IMG/VR virus record: IMGVR_UViG_3300047089_000244
Coordinates: 64,001-128,000 of that record
Source: a virus
Length of the DNA stretch: 64,000 nucleotides
Direction: 5' to 3' (one strand)
A program made the translations under genes and the position numbers. Position 1 is the stretch's first letter; every line of letters begins with the position of its first letter. This document shows positions 61,301-64,000 of this stretch, in pieces. The notes under the pieces are model-generated. The model was not told the DNA's origin. It saw nothing but the letters and a program-made list of their open reading frames with translations, and made no database searches.

Positions 61301-62106
61301 TCACGTCCGCGCACATTGACATACCCAACGGCCATCGGGCCGTTATGATCGGGAGCGATCTGAGCCTCTTCTGCCATCTGTTCGTGGTCGTCTACGGGTG
61401 AGACTTTGAACTCGCCGTTGCCGAAGATGAACTTATACTCATGCTCAACAGGTTCCTCCATCGAGAGATTGAGGTCGTCTATCACCGGGTCGTGGAAATC
61501 GCGTTGATTGAATTCCTCTTCTGCCTGCGGGCCTTCGCCAGGATACGCGTCGGAACCCGATCCACCGGAGTCGGCTTGCTTCAGAATCTTACCCTCTAGA
61601 GCGGCATTAGCACGTTCGGCAAATAACTGTGATCGCTGAGTGATGTTTGGCGACTGTTCTAGGTCTTCCCAGTCACGTTTGTCCTGTCCTGGTTGAGGAT
61701 CACTCTGAATGCGGAAGTCGCGATAGAGAGGATTGGTTGCATGCGTGTAGACAATTGGGCCTGGCCTATGGCGCATCTGTTCAGGCTCATACTCATAGGG
61801 CTCATCCTCCGCGTCTTGTGGGCGCGGCGTACCTTTGACAGGAGTGAAAGCATACTGGTCGCCTGTGAGATCCACGACGTAATTCCTATCTGGGCTCACC
61901 CAGAAGAAGTGACCTTCCTTCTGGCCAATATGTCCGCCGCCGAGCTTGCTCTGAAGCCACTTAGATGTAACGTAACAATGTCCAGCGCTCGGCTGTGGAT
62001 GACCGCGAGAGTCCTCGGGGCGTGTCTCATCTGACCATGCGTGTTCTGCTGCGCGGCGTAGCTCGTGCAGTTTCTCTTGTGTGATCGTGTCTGGATCAAA
62101 TCCCAT
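58399..62106 (-). CDS. 1235-aa modular protein: papain/YunG-like domain, C2H2 finger, PcfJ-like domain, C-terminal CCA-adding tRNA nucleotidyltransferase with HD domain
   Basis: GHCYVTS..HFFW..VDLT.DQY; CPYC..H..H; REGDMMHHCW..SLRD; VYVVGGAVRD.LL...PKDID, DLQRRDFT.N, EDP.R..RA, HH..GEHS, LLHDTGK. Confidence 0.85.
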   Translation of the reverse strand: MGFDPDTITQEKLHELRRAAEHAWSDETRPEDSRGHPQPSAGHCYVTSKWLQSKLGGGHIGQKEGHFFWVSPDRNYVVDLTGDQYAFTPVKGTPRPQDAEDEPYEYEPEQMRHRPGPIVYTHATNPLYRDFRIQSDPQPGQDKRDWEDLEQSPNITQRSQLFAERANAALEGKILKQADSGGSGSDAYPGEGPQAEEEFNQRDFHDPVIDDLNLSMEEPVEHEYKFIFGNGEFKVSPVDDHEQMAEEAQIAPDHNGPMAVGYVNVRGRDALWSVESNIGLRGLVKMMKDYSKQVGWKWGGLVDSSGQPIHDDFGAKKSYWYGWREGKLKLSSRPFWGNHDEIEIVGRTASFNRPPNPFALPGLIEWADDFGYRIAEYPGGTDMNDRIKNKEWPTTYDKGDPEAEPGKAFDGEPQGQLTCPYCNETLPDFKAYVMHTQDHQDPKAAPIDDGHFPTIEDKDEPLPLRPRNVTPTAIPVMGAFVSSDKWHFGRMTVPQQQRFKTKLEEVHGPEQTEILHQFPDGWTIRHLPSWNEVGREGDMMHHCWGGMGTSEDQNDMVYDPSSQHVMGADMNLSLRDPNNWPHASFSYDPRGKHATEIGAHGGQYITEDDLPEDVSHLNRVKEFVQAQRDGTSQLPEHLQPIGPGWRNEAGWHFEAAGGKEGKDLLQAPIPFIYDIEKDYITVGHPGMRTPDIMGQFTPGGIVEGYYEPKGKMVINTTTTIPFSTYHMMQLWYYSHPGLEITSLEMESQTGEKHKVASADVGTYIRSITAADGAAWTASQALKEAGGKVYVVGGAVRDALLQKEPKDIDLMVSGIPPEDVNNILEHLPGRVDLTGKRFGVYRYHTKGQEVEIALPRTDTYESGGTRGQGKITVDHHLPIEKDLQRRDFTANSMAVDLDSSGRLLDPYGGARDIESHTLRTTHPGSFDEDPTRLVRALTMHSRHGLVPDEQTRKEMEEYAHRLDQESPDALKQQLEKLLTSANPAGAFRLAQETGVLKHLFPELANNFDYDQKNPHHNYSLGEHSLNVFDNVSRASKDPDLRLAALLHDTGKPASAWIDPATGVTHYYAGMLEGVPVGADHAKVGADMTEARLRQTFNYPVTKIRNIHNLISQHMFPQFSSAKGARKFLNKTGEAADDLLTLRAADNEGKGIDTSYKTPVDTMRELVEQSRQSGAPTTQSAISVNGNDLLALGLKPGPQVGTILRQLTNDVVADPTLNEKSALLQRAQEYINAQPEV

Positions 62107-62119
62107 CGCTTATTACTAC

Positions 62120-62887
62120 TTAGAAGGGTAGATCATCTTCGGGATGTGGGGTTGGGAAATGAGGAGCACCATTGTGTGGGTTCATAAAGGGGTTCTCGAA
62201 CGGCAATTCCTCCAAGAGCTTTTGCCCTGCGTTACTACGAAATGCCGCTACCCCATTATGAGGTCGGCCTTGTGCATTATGCCATGTTTCTAGAGGCATC
62301 TCTTTAACATAGACTGAAGCCATACTTGTGCGATAATTGAGCAACACCAATACCCCTAAGACACCTCGAAGGCCAAGTTCTGCTGCGGCATTATTCTTTG
62401 ATTCTCTCTCGTGTACTCGACCAGGAATAAAGCGATGATTCTGCGCATCGAACCCTAGAGTCTTTACCTCGATTCCCCATTCCTTGGTAGTGCCATCAAG
62501 TGGAGAATTAGCCGCCGCGCCACCCGGATGCCACCACATAATCGGTCCGTAACCCGGAAGTCCATGTCTGGCTATAAGGTCCTCACCGATCTGTCCTTGC
62601 TCTCCCATTGAGAGGCCGATACGAGTTCCACCACCCGCAGAGAAGGACTCTAGATGATCTTCAGGTGATCCGTGCCACGGTAAATGTGACATGGTGTCAT
62701 AGGTCGATCTACATTTTGGACAAGTATAATAGCCCGCGTCCTGATGCTCCTGAACTTCTTGCTGCGCTTCAGGAGAGATGAAGAAGTTACAGCCCGGCTT
62801 ATAGCACTTCTCATAGCCATCCTTCGCTAGCTCTTCGGCTTCCTCAGGAGAATACGCGCGGGCTCCATGTTCATTATCAAGCAGCAT
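62120..62887 (-). CDS. Zn-ribbon plus PD-(D/E)xK nuclease-like protein
   Basis: C...C...CPKC; GQIGED...SPLDG....GIEVKT. Confidence 0.7.
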   Translation of the reverse strand: MLLDNEHGARAYSPEEAEELAKDGYEKCYKPGCNFFISPEAQQEVQEHQDAGYYTCPKCRSTYDTMSHLPWHGSPEDHLESFSAGGGTRIGLSMGEQGQIGEDLIARHGLPGYGPIMWWHPGGAAANSPLDGTTKEWGIEVKTLGFDAQNHRFIPGRVHERESKNNAAAELGLRGVLGVLVLLNYRTSMASVYVKEMPLETWHNAQGRPHNGVAAFRSNAGQKLLEELPFENPFMNPHNGAPHFPTPHPEDDLPF

Positions 62888-63091
62888 CGATTTCGCGTCT
62901 CTTAGCGGTTGCTACAGAAATGGCTAGAATTGGGCCATCGCAATAACTACAAATCGCAACCGGCGCATGATATCGCATGGTATAGCTAGGAAGCGCAACA
63001 AGAGTGATAGATGGCTTTCTCGCCTTTGCCCATCGCTCCTCACAATTCTCACAGACCTCTCCGGCCTTCTGAAACTCGAAATTGTCTTTCC

Positions 63092-63760
63092 TCATTTGTT
63101 CTCATTCTTTACCTGTTGCTCGATAACGCCAGCTATCGTTGCATCCTGTAAAGAAGCAAGAAGATGAGCTAGTTGTGACTGCACAATTAAAGCATATTCA
63201 GGCTCTCGCGCAGCGTGAAAAACGCGAGGGGTAATCATAGGGAGAGCACCAGGAACCTCCATATAATCTAAAGCAATAACCAAATATGCAGGAGCTTTAG
63301 TCAAAGCTTCACCGGCTTGCACAGCCAAATCCTCATATTTATCGGCATCCCCCGGCTCCTTTACATCATCTTCCACAACAGACGCGTCAGATGAAGGAGC
63401 CTCAATTTGCTGGGTCGATCCTAAAGCACTAAAGATAGACTTGACGAAATTTTCAGTAATCCCTCTTACCTTATCCTCAATCTCCTCTTGGTTATTCTGT
63501 TGCGTTGGATCATCCATCTTGTTCTCCTCTACTGCTTCGAATTGACCCTCCCAGGTCCAACCATCCTCTTGCCCATTATAGGCCCAATGGTCTTTGTCCC
63601 ATTCGATTAAGACTTGGGGATATCCATATTTATCTCGTTTGCGCTTTCTGATCCAGCCCTCATTCCCGACACGGCTGAATCCATTATAAAGACCTGGGTC
63701 CACCCCTTCGCGTAGCTTGACGCGCGTGTTGATCATAAATCGCTGCTCGGGCTTATTCAT
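63092..63760 (-). CDS. hypothetical protein with N-terminal SH3-like domain
   Basis: F...TRVKL...G.EG.I.......P.V.IEWD. Confidence 0.6.
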   Translation of the reverse strand: MNKPEQRFMINTRVKLREGVDPGLYNGFSRVGNEGWIRKRKRDKYGYPQVLIEWDKDHWAYNGQEDGWTWEGQFEAVEENKMDDPTQQNNQEEIEDKVRGITENFVKSIFSALGSTQQIEAPSSDASVVEDDVKEPGDADKYEDLAVQAGEALTKAPAYLVIALDYMEVPGALPMITPRVFHAAREPEYALIVQSQLAHLLASLQDATIAGVIEQQVKNENK

Positions 63761-63775
63761 GTGACTATCTATCCA

Positions 63776-64000
63776 TTATGCTCCCGCTGGTGGATCTTGT
63801 AAAGGTTGAGGGTTTGATATACCCGCAGGCTGTGGGATTGTTTGAGAATCGAACACCCGCGCAAGCTGTGAGCCTGCTTGAGCAACTAACCGGCCCTGCT
63901 GAACGATCGCGCCATTGAGCGCATTGATCGCCTTGATTGCTGTATGTGTCAAGAAGAAAACAGCAAGCCCCGCCCACGCAGTCGTAGCATAGCCGAGGAA
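63776..64000 (-). CDS. partial membrane protein (5' truncated by window)
   Basis: ...FLGYATTAWAGLAVFFLTHT...PPAGA*. Confidence 0.55.
   Translation of the reverse strand, partial: FLGYATTAWAGLAVFFLTHTAIKAINALNGAIVQQGRLVAQAGSQLARVFDSQTIPQPAGISNPQPLQDPPAGA

Noticed and set aside
63820-63900. tRNA-like GTTCGA on the minus strand
   Set aside because: No cloverleaf; it lies inside a plausible reading frame.

Overview
This 64 kb window (roughly mid-50s % GC by eye) reads as part of a large tailed-phage genome, most plausibly infecting Actinobacteria (possibly Thermoleophilia-like). The support is many leaderless TG-extended -10 promoters, an actinobacterial-type L,D-transpeptidase and an RlpA-like protein, and no host housekeeping operons. 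Three gene classes are interleaved. (1) Dense runs of small 'early' hypothetical ORFs follow TGCTA(C/T)A(C/A)T-N6-8-ATG promoters. They include a GGQ peptidyl-tRNA hydrolase, calcineurin-like phosphoesterase, cREC receiver, DUF4326, BCS1-like AAA ATPase, a TrpC-like protein, and AP2 and SEC-C proteins. (2) Virion structural and tail genes lie at 8.1-15.7 kb and 42.4-44.9 kb, several with an unusual Glu/Lys-skewed composition. (3) Five or six large minus-strand 'beads-on-a-string' proteins (5076-7604, 15897-17534, 38259-42431, 53755-55011, 55562-57250, 58399-62106) concatenate unrelated effector domains: 2H phosphoesterase (Acb1-like), ADP-ribosyltransferase/Tpt1-like, cREC, PcfJ-like, HhH-GPD glycosylase, pol-beta nucleotidyltransferase, a complete CCA-adding enzyme with HD domain, and zinc fingers. 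They also share an unrecognised ~90-125 aa 'WxPG-GKG-HTW-H' repeat. Domain junctions carry a recurrent WxF[QGE][ASR] and/or [RK][VIT]A motif, and several of these genes share an upstream RTAATARRYG motif with the structural genes. The best candidate for a new system is therefore a late-expressed, possibly capsid-packaged and proteolytically processed multi-effector polyprotein arsenal aimed at tRNA/RNA repair and anti-defence. All domain calls come from motif recognition by eye; no database searches were run. No tRNA, rRNA, CRISPR array or integrase was seen.
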